Shown piece by piece: positions 1 through 10,797 of a stretch of 64,000 nucleotides of DNA. The stretch spans positions 1-64,000 of the forward strand of contig CAXXVK010000010.1 of the NCBI GenBank assembly GCA_963676915.2. The letters run 5' to 3'. This DNA comes from Myxococcota bacterium. GTDB lineage: Bacteria; Myxococcota_A; SURF-8; G963663525. Each line of letters opens with the position of its first letter. Position 1 is the first letter of the stretch. Below the pieces are notes generated by a model. That model was not told the DNA's origin and did no database searches. It saw only the letters and a list, made by a program, of their open reading frames with translations. The position numbers and the translations under genes were made by a program.

Positions 1-3000
1 TCCTTCGAAAAGAGCCTGGGAACACATGATTCACCCGGAGGATCGTCCTAGGGTCTCAGATCTCGTTTCGAATTACCTGACGGGAGACGTTTCCAGATAC
101 GAAACCGAAATGCGGCTGAAAACCCGGCAAGGCACCTGGAAGTGGATCTATTCACAAGCTCAGGTCGTAGAGCGAGATGCTCAGGGTAAAGCACTAAAGG
201 TGATCGGTACCCATCAGGATATCGACCGTCAGAAAAAACTGATCCGATCGGTTCGGGAAAACGACTATCGGTTCGAGGCGATTTTTCAAAATTCCATGCA
301 GGGCGTTTGCCTCTTCGATATGTCGGGACAACTTACGCAAGTTAACGAAAAAATTTGTAAAATCACGGGGTTTTCCGCCTCGGATCTGATTCAGATGACC
401 GAACGCCAACTGGTCCATCCCGATGATTACGAGGAAGGCGAAAAGCGGTTTCGGGAATTGATCGATGGAGCGTCCGACCAGTATTTCCAGAAAAAGCGTT
501 ATTTGCGAAACGATGGCGGAATCGTCTGGGTCGAACTTTTCGTAAAGTCCATTCGAAACGAAAAGAATCAGACTACGTCCGCTATTGGGATCGTGTTGGA
601 TATCTCCGATCGCATACAAGCCACGGAAACGCTTGAGAAAAAAGAGATGCAGTTTAGACTGGCTTCCCGAGGCGGGGAAGTCGGGTTCTGGGATTGGAAT
701 CTGGATACCGACGAAGTATTCATCAGTGAAGAATACGCTCACATGCTGGGGTATGAAGACGATGAGCTTCAAGCCGATCCCCGTTCGATTCTCAACCTGA
801 TTCATTTGGAGGACAAGCCGCGTTTCATTCGGGAAATGTACCGTCACTTGGAAGGCAACAGCGAATCCTTTCAGATCGAATCGCGGATGAAAGCCAAAAA
901 CGGCGAATCGCGTTGGATGTTTTTCAGGGGGAAAGTAGTCAAGCGCAACGAGCAGGGACGAGCGTTGCGTTTCGCCGGTTCTCAAGTGGATATTACCGAG
1001 AAAAAAGCCCTTCAAGATGCCTTGCGGGATAGCGAACAGAAACTGGCGACGTTGATTCGACAATCGCCGGATTATATTGCGACTGTTGATTTAGATAAAA
1101 AAATTCGCTTTATCAATCGACTTCCTCGAAAACGAGATCTGATTCTGGAAGGCCATTTCGAGATTTCCGACTTTGTGCATTCCCGATCTCTTCCGGTATT
1201 TATGGACGCTTTGAATCACTCGTTGGCCAATCGCGTCGTCGCTCCTTTTGAAATGGAAGGGCAGGACGGAGAAATTTTCCTGACGCGCCTGGAACCTCTG
1301 GAAATCGAAGGACAAATTTCGGAAGTGATGGCCATTGCCACTCCGATCTCCAAATTCAAGCGCAACGCACAAACGTTGGAAGAAACCCGTTCCAGATATC
1401 AAGCGCTTTTCGAGGACGCGAACGACGCCATTTTCATTCACGATGAGGAAGGAAACCTTCTCGACGTCAACGAGCGAGCCTGCCAGGTGCTAGGATATTC
1501 CAAGCAGGCTCTGAAAAAATTGACCTGGAATCAGATTTCATTGCAAAAACGTTCCGATGAGTTGAAAGCGGTTCTTGAAAATGGTTCGGGTGTTTACGAA
1601 GCTACATTGATGGCTTCCAATGGAAGTCCGATCGTTTTCGAAATCAACAGTCGGTTGGTTCACGCCAACGGTCACAACGTGATGATCAGCATCGCTCGCG
1701 ACCTGACCGAACGTTTTCGTGCGGAAGCCGAACGCCGGAACCTGATTTCGATTATTGAAAACAGCAACGAATTCGTAGGGGTCGCCGATTTAAACGGGCA
1801 AGTTACTTATGTGAACGAAGCCGGAAAGCAGTTGGTGGGTCTGGAGTCCGACGAAGAGGTTCGCAAAACCCGCATTTTCGATTTCGTTCCCGACGAATTG
1901 CGCAAGGTCATCTCGGAGGTCACGATACCGATGATTCTTGGCAACCGCCTGTATGAAAATCAATCGGTGCTGCGACATTTCAAAACAGGGGAGTTGATCG
2001 ATGTCGTGATCACGACGTTTCCTTTAAAATCTCGAACGTCTGCGCATCCCGTTGGAATCGCTACGATTATTCGCGATATCCGAGAGTTCAAGCAGGCTGT
2101 TCAAAAGTTGAAAGAAAGCGAAGAACGTTTCAGGATCGTTGCCGACGCAACCTTTGAGGCGATTTTTCTTCACAGGGACGAAATCGTCATCGATGCCAAT
2201 CGAGCCGCCACCTCCTTGTTCGGGTATTCGCATTCCGACATGGTTGGAAGCAGGCTTGTGGATATTCTCGGGTGGAATGAAGAGGAAACCATCGAACCGC
2301 ATGCGCTTATCGGAAAGGTTCCCCATCGCATTCATTTGAAGCGCAAAGGAAACGAATCGTTTTTGGCGGAAATTCAATCGAGTGTTCTTTCCGATGTCGA
2401 TCCCCCTATGGAAATTTCCATCGTTCGGGACATGACGGTACAGGAAATCGAAAAGCGGCATCGCTACCGTATGCAGACGATGGCCGCCCAGATCGGTCAG
2501 GAAGACGCCACCAGCCAATTGGCGGCGTCGATGGCCAGAGAATTCAGCAACTTGCTGATCGACATCAAGGGCAGTCTTTCGCTGGCTCGGATCGATCGAT
2601 TGGTCAGTGAGCCGTTGAAAGGAACGTTTGAGGAAATCGACAGCACCCTTCACCAGGCCAGCGACCTCGTTTCCCGCCTGCTGACGTTCAGTCGACGCCA
2701 GTTCATTCAGGCGGCATCGGTGGATTTGAATGTTCTTCTCGAACGGATGCAATACGCCTTCGAAAGTCTACAGGATCACGACGTTCGTGTGGAATTGGAT
2801 CTGGCTCGTCCGCTGGCGACCATCCGCGCCGACAAGAAGCAGATCGAAACGGTGATTCTCAACCTTGTCGAAAATTCCGTGGAAGCGATGCCGGAGGGAG
2901 GAGTTATCCGGATCAAAACCAGCAGCGTGACGGCAGACGAGACGTTTTACGACACTCACCCCGATTTTCGTGCAGGGCACTATGTTCTGTTGACCTTTGC

Positions 3001-3637
3001 AGACAACGGCATCGGCATGGATCATCAGACACGACGTCGGGCCTTCGATCCGTTTTTCACTACGAAAACCGACTCCGCCAACATCGGTTTCGGTCTTTCT
3101 TCCGTGTACGGTATCATTCGCCAATGTCAGGGGACGGTTGAGTTGTATTCCCAGCCTGGAAAAGGCACGACGTTCCATTTCTATTTTCCGGCCGAAGAAA
3201 GAGCCGATGATTTTCTCAACGGCCAGCCCAGTCCGCCGCCTTCCCTGGAAGGCCACGAGACGATTCTGTTCGTCGAGGAAGAGGAAACGATTCGCAACGT
3301 ATGCCGCAAATTGTTCGAAAAGAAAGGCTATCGTGTTTTGGAAGCGGATTCGTCGCCTGCCGCCTTGTCTTGCATTCAGGAGTACGAAGGAGATATTCAC
3401 GCCCTCGTGACGGCGGTTGTGCTCAACGACATGGACGGCTTTACGCTGGCGCGACATCTGAAAACCAGACATCCCGATGCGTTGGAGCTTTTCACCTCCG
3501 GGTATCCGAAATCCTCGTTGATGTCGCACTATCCGTTGCCGGATCAGGAATTCGAACTGTTGCCGAAGCCGTTTTCTCCCATGGATTTGTTGCGACGCCT
3601 TCGCTACCTACTGGATGAGAAAAACGCTCGGGTATGA
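1..3637 (+). CDS. Multi-PAS hybrid histidine kinase-like protein (PAS repeats-HisKA-HATPase-REC), 5' truncated; phospho-acceptor His and Asp both substituted
   Basis: Frame is open to the window edge. Repeated PAS/PAC motifs (IHPED, GTHQDI, VHPDD, FWDWNL, GSQVDI). ATPase N box ILNLVENS, DNGIGM, FDPFFTTK, GKGTTFHFYFP. C-terminal REC ends in KPFS. H-box reads AREFSN and the REC acceptor site reads LVTAVV. Confidence 0.9.
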   Translation, partial: PSKRAWEHMIHPEDRPRVSDLVSNYLTGDVSRYETEMRLKTRQGTWKWIYSQAQVVERDAQGKALKVIGTHQDIDRQKKLIRSVRENDYRFEAIFQNSMQGVCLFDMSGQLTQVNEKICKITGFSASDLIQMTERQLVHPDDYEEGEKRFRELIDGASDQYFQKKRYLRNDGGIVWVELFVKSIRNEKNQTTSAIGIVLDISDRIQATETLEKKEMQFRLASRGGEVGFWDWNLDTDEVFISEEYAHMLGYEDDELQADPRSILNLIHLEDKPRFIREMYRHLEGNSESFQIESRMKAKNGESRWMFFRGKVVKRNEQGRALRFAGSQVDITEKKALQDALRDSEQKLATLIRQSPDYIATVDLDKKIRFINRLPRKRDLILEGHFEISDFVHSRSLPVFMDALNHSLANRVVAPFEMEGQDGEIFLTRLEPLEIEGQISEVMAIATPISKFKRNAQTLEETRSRYQALFEDANDAIFIHDEEGNLLDVNERACQVLGYSKQALKKLTWNQISLQKRSDELKAVLENGSGVYEATLMASNGSPIVFEINSRLVHANGHNVMISIARDLTERFRAEAERRNLISIIENSNEFVGVADLNGQVTYVNEAGKQLVGLESDEEVRKTRIFDFVPDELRKVISEVTIPMILGNRLYENQSVLRHFKTGELIDVVITTFPLKSRTSAHPVGIATIIRDIREFKQAVQKLKESEERFRIVADATFEAIFLHRDEIVIDANRAATSLFGYSHSDMVGSRLVDILGWNEEETIEPHALIGKVPHRIHLKRKGNESFLAEIQSSVLSDVDPPMEISIVRDMTVQEIEKRHRYRMQTMAAQIGQEDATSQLAASMAREFSNLLIDIKGSLSLARIDRLVSEPLKGTFEEIDSTLHQASDLVSRLLTFSRRQFIQAASVDLNVLLERMQYAFESLQDHDVRVELDLARPLATIRADKKQIETVILNLVENSVEAMPEGGVIRIKTSSVTADETFYDTHPDFRAGHYVLLTFADNGIGMDHQTRRRAFDPFFTTKTDSANIGFGLSSVYGIIRQCQGTVELYSQPGKGTTFHFYFPAEERADDFLNGQPSPPPSLEGHETILFVEEEETIRNVCRKLFEKKGYRVLEADSSPAALSCIQEYEGDIHALVTAVVLNDMDGFTLARHLKTRHPDALELFTSGYPKSSLMSHYPLPDQEFELLPKPFSPMDLLRRLRYLLDEKNARV

Positions 3638-3702
3638 TGCCTGGGGAATATCATACAATTTCGTTCACAATGATCGAACTTCAAACGATGCATGAATCTC
3701 GC

Positions 3703-3861
3703 GTAGGTCGGGCAAATTTCTTGCCCGACAAAACCCCACTTTGAATAATTTTTAGCCGGTAACTTGTTGGAATTATTGAAGCTCAAAAACGACAAAACCA
3801 CTTTATCGGCAAGCTGAGGTCGGGTAAATTCCTCACCCGTCGGGTGAAAAATCACCCGACC
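3703..3861. repeat. Composite intergenic element: GTAG-type REP + ~88-bp shared core + two further REP-like hairpins
   Basis: GTAG-GTCGGGCAA-ATTTC-TTGCCCGAC at 3703-3729. Core 3731-3818 matches 49538-49626. GTCGGGTGA-AAAA-TCACCCGAC at 3839-3860. Confidence 0.8.
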
Positions 3862-3871
3862 TTCTTAATGC

Positions 3872-5525
3872 TCAGGCGTGACGCCTACGAAATACCATCA
3901 CCAGTGCCAGCATCAGTAGCCAACCAGCGGTTGAACGAGAGTTCACAAGGCTATTGCAGCTACTGCTGTTCCCATTTTTTGGAGTATCCGGAGAAACGCA
4001 ACCTAGCGAATCTACACAGATATATCCGGTCAATCCGCAATCCGTACCCGTAAGCCATTGCGATCCGTCGGCGCTGCAGCGTTCCATGACATCGCCCTGG
4101 CATCGGGTGTCTTCCGGCGTGCAAATTGTCTCACCGGGAAGAGTTTCTTCTTCCGCTTCCTCAGAGGAAGACGTATCTTCGCCGTCGTTCTCCGATTCGC
4201 CGGGATCGTCTACCGTATCTTCATCGCCATCGACGACCGGCGGTCTTCCCATGCAAGCGCCATCGATGCAAAATTGGTAGGATTCGCAGGTTTCCAGTTC
4301 GATCCACTCCTGCTCGTAACAGTATTCCGAACGTTTGCTTCCCCTGCATCGCTGAAGTCCGTTTTGGCAAGGTGGCTCGTCGCAGCCGACTTCGACCTCT
4401 CCGGGGCATCCCGCCGTTCCGTTTCCGCAGCCGTCCAAACGGGTATCGAACGAGCCTCGATTATCGGTGGCCCAACTGTAGAACTCTTCCCAGCGTTGGC
4501 GGTAGCGCTCGACTTTGGCGATTTGCTCGGTGGTCGGCTCTTTGCCGGTCTGGTGCAAAATGATGAACGCGCCTTTCCAGTGGCAAGGCTCCAACTCCGG
4601 TTCACGCGGTCCCATGGCGCGGATGACATCCTCGATGGTAATATCCACGCGGATTCCTTCATGAACGGCGGGCTCTTCCGGCGAGTTCAAAATGGGTAGA
4701 GAGGAACTGCCGGTAAGATCCTCATCGCCATTGGTAACGAGGAAAAAAGGAGCGACTTCGCTGGGAAGACGCAACCCCATCAAATATTGATCGAGTTGTG
4801 AATATTTCGGTTTCTGGTACCAGAAATTGAACGACCCGTTGCCGAGATCGTCGATGAACATCCCATACATCAAAGAGCGTGAATCTAGGTAATACGACCA
4901 GTGCTGGTTAAAGTCGTTGATATCTCCACCGCTGCATAGATTGGATTCGGTGATATCGGTGTTGTCTCCCCCCGTTGGTTCGTAGCCTCGAATATTGCAG
5001 GCCACGTCCTCGCCTTCTTTTTGGTAGGTCACGGCGGCGAGCCATTGGTGACCGAACTCGTGCCCCAGCAATTCGATTCCCGTGAGAGGATAGAAGCACA
5101 AGGGCCAGTCGATGCAGGCGCGGGCGTCGGTATCGTCGGGCAAGGCATCGATGGTTCCCATTTTCACGGCTTGACGCAAACGGTCTTCATGACTGCAAAA
5201 ATAGGCGGATGCCTGGGAGGCATAACCGCGTCCGATCCCTTTGGATGGGGAGTTGACGGGCCACCCCTGTTGCACGTTGGCGATACCGAGTTGCTCGACA
5301 TCGAAAACGAAAACCGCATCGAAGCGGTCGGGATGGCTAAGATAAAAAGCGCAAGCGGCCTTTCCCAGATAAATGTTCGGTGTGGCGGCGCTTCCCAGGA
5401 TGGAGCCGTCGATATCTTCGATCAACGCGATATGTCCCACGTCTCGTGTTTCGGCCTGAACCTTCACGGCCATACAAGAGAAGAAAAAAAACCGCCAGCA
5501 AGATGTGAAATACAAATGTTTTCAT
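3872..5525 (-). CDS. Secreted/surface zinc metallopeptidase-like protein with Cys-rich repeats and MYXO-CTERM-like anchor (signal peptide split by a T8 frameshift)
   Basis: HEFGH (HExxH) motif, acidic linker, Cys-rich modules, C-terminus SSSC...AGWLLMLALVMVFRRRHA. ATG at 5525 gives MKTFVFHILLAVFF, which joins the 547-aa ORF if one T is removed from the run at 5484-5491. Confidence 0.7.
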
Positions 5526-5734
5526 GATGATCCGGCTTTTTATGGATGTGATGTTTTTGCAGGAAAAATCACAGGTCGGGTACTTTTCATTCGACACAAA
5601 AAGACGTTCCCCTCGAAAAAACAGCGAATATCCTACATTTCACGTCACACCCGGTTTCGATTCTGAATAATCACTTTTTTTGCATGTTATCACAATTTTC
5701 CGGAAAGAAACGTGGAAAAGAGCAGTAGAAAGAT

Positions 5735-5771
5735 AAAAAAAGGCGGCGCTTTAAAAAAAAAACGCCGCCTT
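5735..5771 (-). terminator. Rho-independent terminator after groEL
   Basis: AAGGCGGCG...CGCCGCCTT stem followed by a T-run on the minus strand. Confidence 0.75.
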
Positions 5772-5802
5772 GGAATACCTTATGGGGTATTGGGATGAGG
5801 GC

Positions 5803-7476
<1,674 letters not shown>

Positions 7477-7526
7477 TTAATGGTAATGGTTTGATAGGGT
7501 GTTCATCCGTATCGATGGCTAAAAAA

Positions 7527-7817
7527 TCAGCTTTCGATAACGGCGAAAATATCATCCTCGCGAAGAATCAGGTATTCCTCGCCCTGGTACTTCACGTCCG
7601 TACCGGCGTATTTTCCGAAAAGAACGACGTCGTCCACTTTGAGATCCAAAGGCAGCACGGTTCCGTCTTCTTTGACTTTACCTTTGCCCACGGCGACGAC
7701 TTTTCCCTGGATCGGTTTTTCTTTGGCGGATTCCGGGATGTAGATTCCTCCGGAGGTCCGTTCTTCACTCTCGACGCGTTTGACGATGATGCGATCATTC
7801 AATGGCTTCAGGTTCAT
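7527..7817 (-). CDS. groS: Co-chaperonin GroES
   Basis: [14 protein letters not shown]...[14 protein letters not shown]...VGKG...GKYAGT; lies directly upstream of groEL. Confidence 0.97.
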   Translation of the reverse strand: MNLKPLNDRIIVKRVESEERTSGGIYIPESAKEKPIQGKVVAVGKGKVKEDGTVLPLDLKVDDVVLFGKYAGTDVKYQGEEYLILREDDIFAVIES

Positions 7818-8331
7818 GGTTCGTTCTCCTTTCCGTTTTTGGAAAACCCTTTTTTTACCTCGGCAGGACGATGCGCCCCGCAAATGGTGAATCCTCTGTA
7901 ATTTCAATACAATTCAGAGTGCTTGTGTCTCTAGCGGATAAACTTTAATGCGCAAGCTTCCGTTTTCAAGAGCACCAAACGGAAAAAAACGACAAAAAAC
8001 GCGACAAAACGCACTCGCTTCGGAACGTGACCCGGATTATTCATGAGAATCGTGGCATGACGACGAAAACCGAAGATGTTTCACGAAGTTGGAGCGATTT
8101 TCACCGGCAGGCAACCTGGACAGTCCGTCGAGGATGAAAATCGGGAAACGATTGAAAAATCAAGAGTTTTCAAGTCGTAGGCGATTCTTCATGAATGTTT
8201 CGGATTGAGAATTTCTTGCGGATGAGTCATTGCCATTTTCGGACAAACCCGCTACATTTTCCGGGTTTCGGTCGGATCATATGACGCGATGCCGCCGAAC
8301 ATTCCCCGAACTTCAACACGGGAAATCGCTC

Positions 8332-9291
8332 ATGCTATTTCGAACTCTTTTGATCCTGGCGATTCTGGTCGTGGTGACCGTCGCGGGCGTCTTCGTGACC
8401 AACGGACGCTTTGAACTTCGTCTCGACCGCGTGGAGCCGTCCACCGCATTCGTCGGGCAGGAAATCACGTTGACCGGCAGTGGCTTCGCCGTCTCCGAGG
8501 CGGTGGCCGTGTTTTTCAATGGCGTTCAGGCCAGACCTTCCGCCGTAGCCGCCGGAGCGATCCGCGTGCAGGTTCCCGACACCGCCCGTTCGGGAGTGGT
8601 GGCGATTCAGACGGCAACGGCTCGGTCCAATACCCGGTACATCGAAATCGTTCACGATGCGACGCGGACCGGTCCGATGGCGAATATGGGAATGGGCAAC
8701 CGACCGCCCGGACATCCCGCCGTGGGAGAAGCCGCCTCGCCAGGCATGGTGAAAACCTCCAGCGCACCGGGGAAAGTCGATGCCGCCGCCGACAAAGAAG
8801 CGATGATGGGCGGACAGATGACCGCACATGTTTTTTATCCCAAAAAAGAACGCCAACGAGCCAAGCCTTTTGAACTGAAAGATCCCAAGGGAACGCTTCG
8901 GAAGCTGGAGGATTACAAGGGCAAGGTGCTAGTGCTCAATTTCTGGGCGACCTGGTGCCCTCCCTGTATGGAGGAAGTCCCCAGCCTGGAGCGTCTCACC
9001 CAAAGCGCCGAAGGACAAAAAGACGATCTGGTCGTGCTGGCCGTCAGTGTCGATAAAAACGCCGCCGATATCGAAAAAGCCTTGCCGAATCTGAAATTGA
9101 ACGTTGCCCTGGACCCGGAAGGGACCGTGGCCGAGCAATACGGAACCACCAAATTTCCCGAAACATACATTATCGACCGACAAGGTGAGATCGTGGCCAA
9201 GTTCATCGGGGCACGCAACTGGGACAGCCCGGTGTTTCAGAATTACCTGAGGATGATTATTGCGGGCAACGACCCCATGTCGGGCGAATAA
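8332..9291 (+). CDS. TlpA/ResA-like thiol-disulfide oxidoreductase with N-terminal anchor and IPT/TIG-like domain
   Basis: Hydrophobic N-terminus; VEPSTAFVGQEITLTGSGF (IPT-like); LNFWATWCPPC; KFPETYIID. Confidence 0.85.
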   Translation: MLFRTLLILAILVVVTVAGVFVTNGRFELRLDRVEPSTAFVGQEITLTGSGFAVSEAVAVFFNGVQARPSAVAAGAIRVQVPDTARSGVVAIQTATARSNTRYIEIVHDATRTGPMANMGMGNRPPGHPAVGEAASPGMVKTSSAPGKVDAAADKEAMMGGQMTAHVFYPKKERQRAKPFELKDPKGTLRKLEDYKGKVLVLNFWATWCPPCMEEVPSLERLTQSAEGQKDDLVVLAVSVDKNAADIEKALPNLKLNVALDPEGTVAEQYGTTKFPETYIIDRQGEIVAKFIGARNWDSPVFQNYLRMIIAGNDPMSGE

Positions 9292-9533
9292 CGGAAAAAT
9301 TTCTCTCCCCAATCGAATCTGATACACCGAAAATTCAGCGATTTTTTCAGTAGTAGCGGTTAAGCGCGGTACAACAGGGGACAGACGCAGGTGACGCTTC
9401 GTCGCTGGTGAGGTTCACTCCCCGTCCCAATTTTGCCTTCTGACCGATATCATGTATATTGATCGATATTATACTTTTTCAACCGACCGCTTGGCACCCA
9501 CAATATCCGTTTCGATGTCCAAAGGGGATTGTC

Positions 9534-10388
9534 ATGACCCATATCCGCACAACCGTTTTCCTTCTCTCTGCCCTGTTGCTTCTTCTCCTGCTGCCTTGTG
9601 GCTGTGGTGGGGATGACGACTCCTTCGAGGACGCGGACGACGGTCTGGGTAGAGAAGGCGAGATGCTACTGATCCCCTCGGTCAGCGTGGCAGGCTTTGA
9701 TGACGAGGGTCAGATGACCACGGCTCAGGAGGCGATCACCCTTACGGGAGCCGCGCTCTATGCGGACAGTGTGACCGTCAACGACGTGGAGGTCGAGCTG
9801 GGTGAAGAATTCGCAGACGACGCGGTTGGCTGGTCGATGGATGTGACGCTTACCGAGGGTAGCAACGCCCTGCAGATCAAGGCCGTGGACGCCGATGGTT
9901 TGGAGAGCGAGTCCCTCGATGTGGTCGTGGTATATGATCCGGATTACGTGCCCGACCCACCCGAAAATACCGGTGTTGGTTTTACTCGCTGCACCGTCAA
10001 TGGAAAGGTGGGATGGAAACAGAGGGATCACAACTACGACCCTTCCGGGTCGAGACCGGATGAAATCTACGTGACTGTTTCATCCACTATCGGTAGCAAT
10101 ATCTTTTATGCCAGGTCCAGAGCCAATTGGACCGTGGGGTTCGGCACCCTGTCGATGGTTTTGGATATGGCACCTAATTCCGCCTTAGATGTCCGATTCG
10201 AGATGGAATTTGGCGAAGAAGACAGCGGTTTACTCGGCAGCAACGACTACATCGGCTACGGTGCGGTTTCGAAGCGAATCAGCTTCCAGCCCGATAAAAG
10301 CACGAACGAACGTCTGCATACAACCATCGACGGCAATACCGTCTGGGTCGATCTGTCGACGAGTTGCGGTTCGGTGTTCGATGGATAG
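9534..10388 (+). CDS. Hypothetical lipoprotein with Ig-like domain
   Basis: Signal peptide with PCGCGG; ITLTG...VTVND...LTEGSNALQIKAVD resembles an Ig-like beta sandwich. Confidence 0.65.
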   Translation: MTHIRTTVFLLSALLLLLLLPCGCGGDDDSFEDADDGLGREGEMLLIPSVSVAGFDDEGQMTTAQEAITLTGAALYADSVTVNDVEVELGEEFADDAVGWSMDVTLTEGSNALQIKAVDADGLESESLDVVVVYDPDYVPDPPENTGVGFTRCTVNGKVGWKQRDHNYDPSGSRPDEIYVTVSSTIGSNIFYARSRANWTVGFGTLSMVLDMAPNSALDVRFEMEFGEEDSGLLGSNDYIGYGAVSKRISFQPDKSTNERLHTTIDGNTVWVDLSTSCGSVFDG

Positions 10389-10469
10389 GATGGCAACCGC
10401 CGTTGGGTAAAGGAAAACCTCTTCGGAAAAGATGGGGGTTGTCAATTGCCTGAGAGCAGGATATTTAGC

Positions 10470-10734
10470 GATGGAGCAGGATTGCATCCTGCCTCATGTT
10501 TTGAATTTAAACCATAGTATTGCTATGCTTACACTGATACTATTTCGCCTTCAATGATCAAATTTCTGACATATCCGTGAAGGCGGATAATCCCGTAGTA
10601 GGTCGGGTGATTTCACCCGACCTACTACGGGATGTTTTCGATACTTGGTAGCGAAATAGTATGAGAATGCCTCGTTGAGTTTGAGGTCTTGAAGTCGTGA
10701 ACGTTCAGGAGCAGGATACAATCCTGCTCCATCG
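10470..10734. repeat. Nested palindromic (REPIN/BIME-like) element
   Basis: Inverted GATGGAGCAGGATTG(C/T)ATCCTGC REPs at 10470 and 10708-10734. Inner 12-bp IR ATACTATTTCGC (10537)/GCGAAATAGTAT (10651). Central perfect 20-bp IR at 10591-10632. Confidence 0.85.
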
Positions 10735-10797
10735 TTAAGTTTATCCGATTTCGGTGTAAGCCTTTTGTTTGCAATTGGTTCGAGAAAGAAACAAACC

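Noticed and set aside
7910-8020. Possible CIRCE operator upstream of groES (GAGTGCT at 7917, GCACTC at 8011)
   Set aside because: Only half-sites are present, with the wrong order and spacing for TTAGCACTC-N9-GAGTGCTAA.
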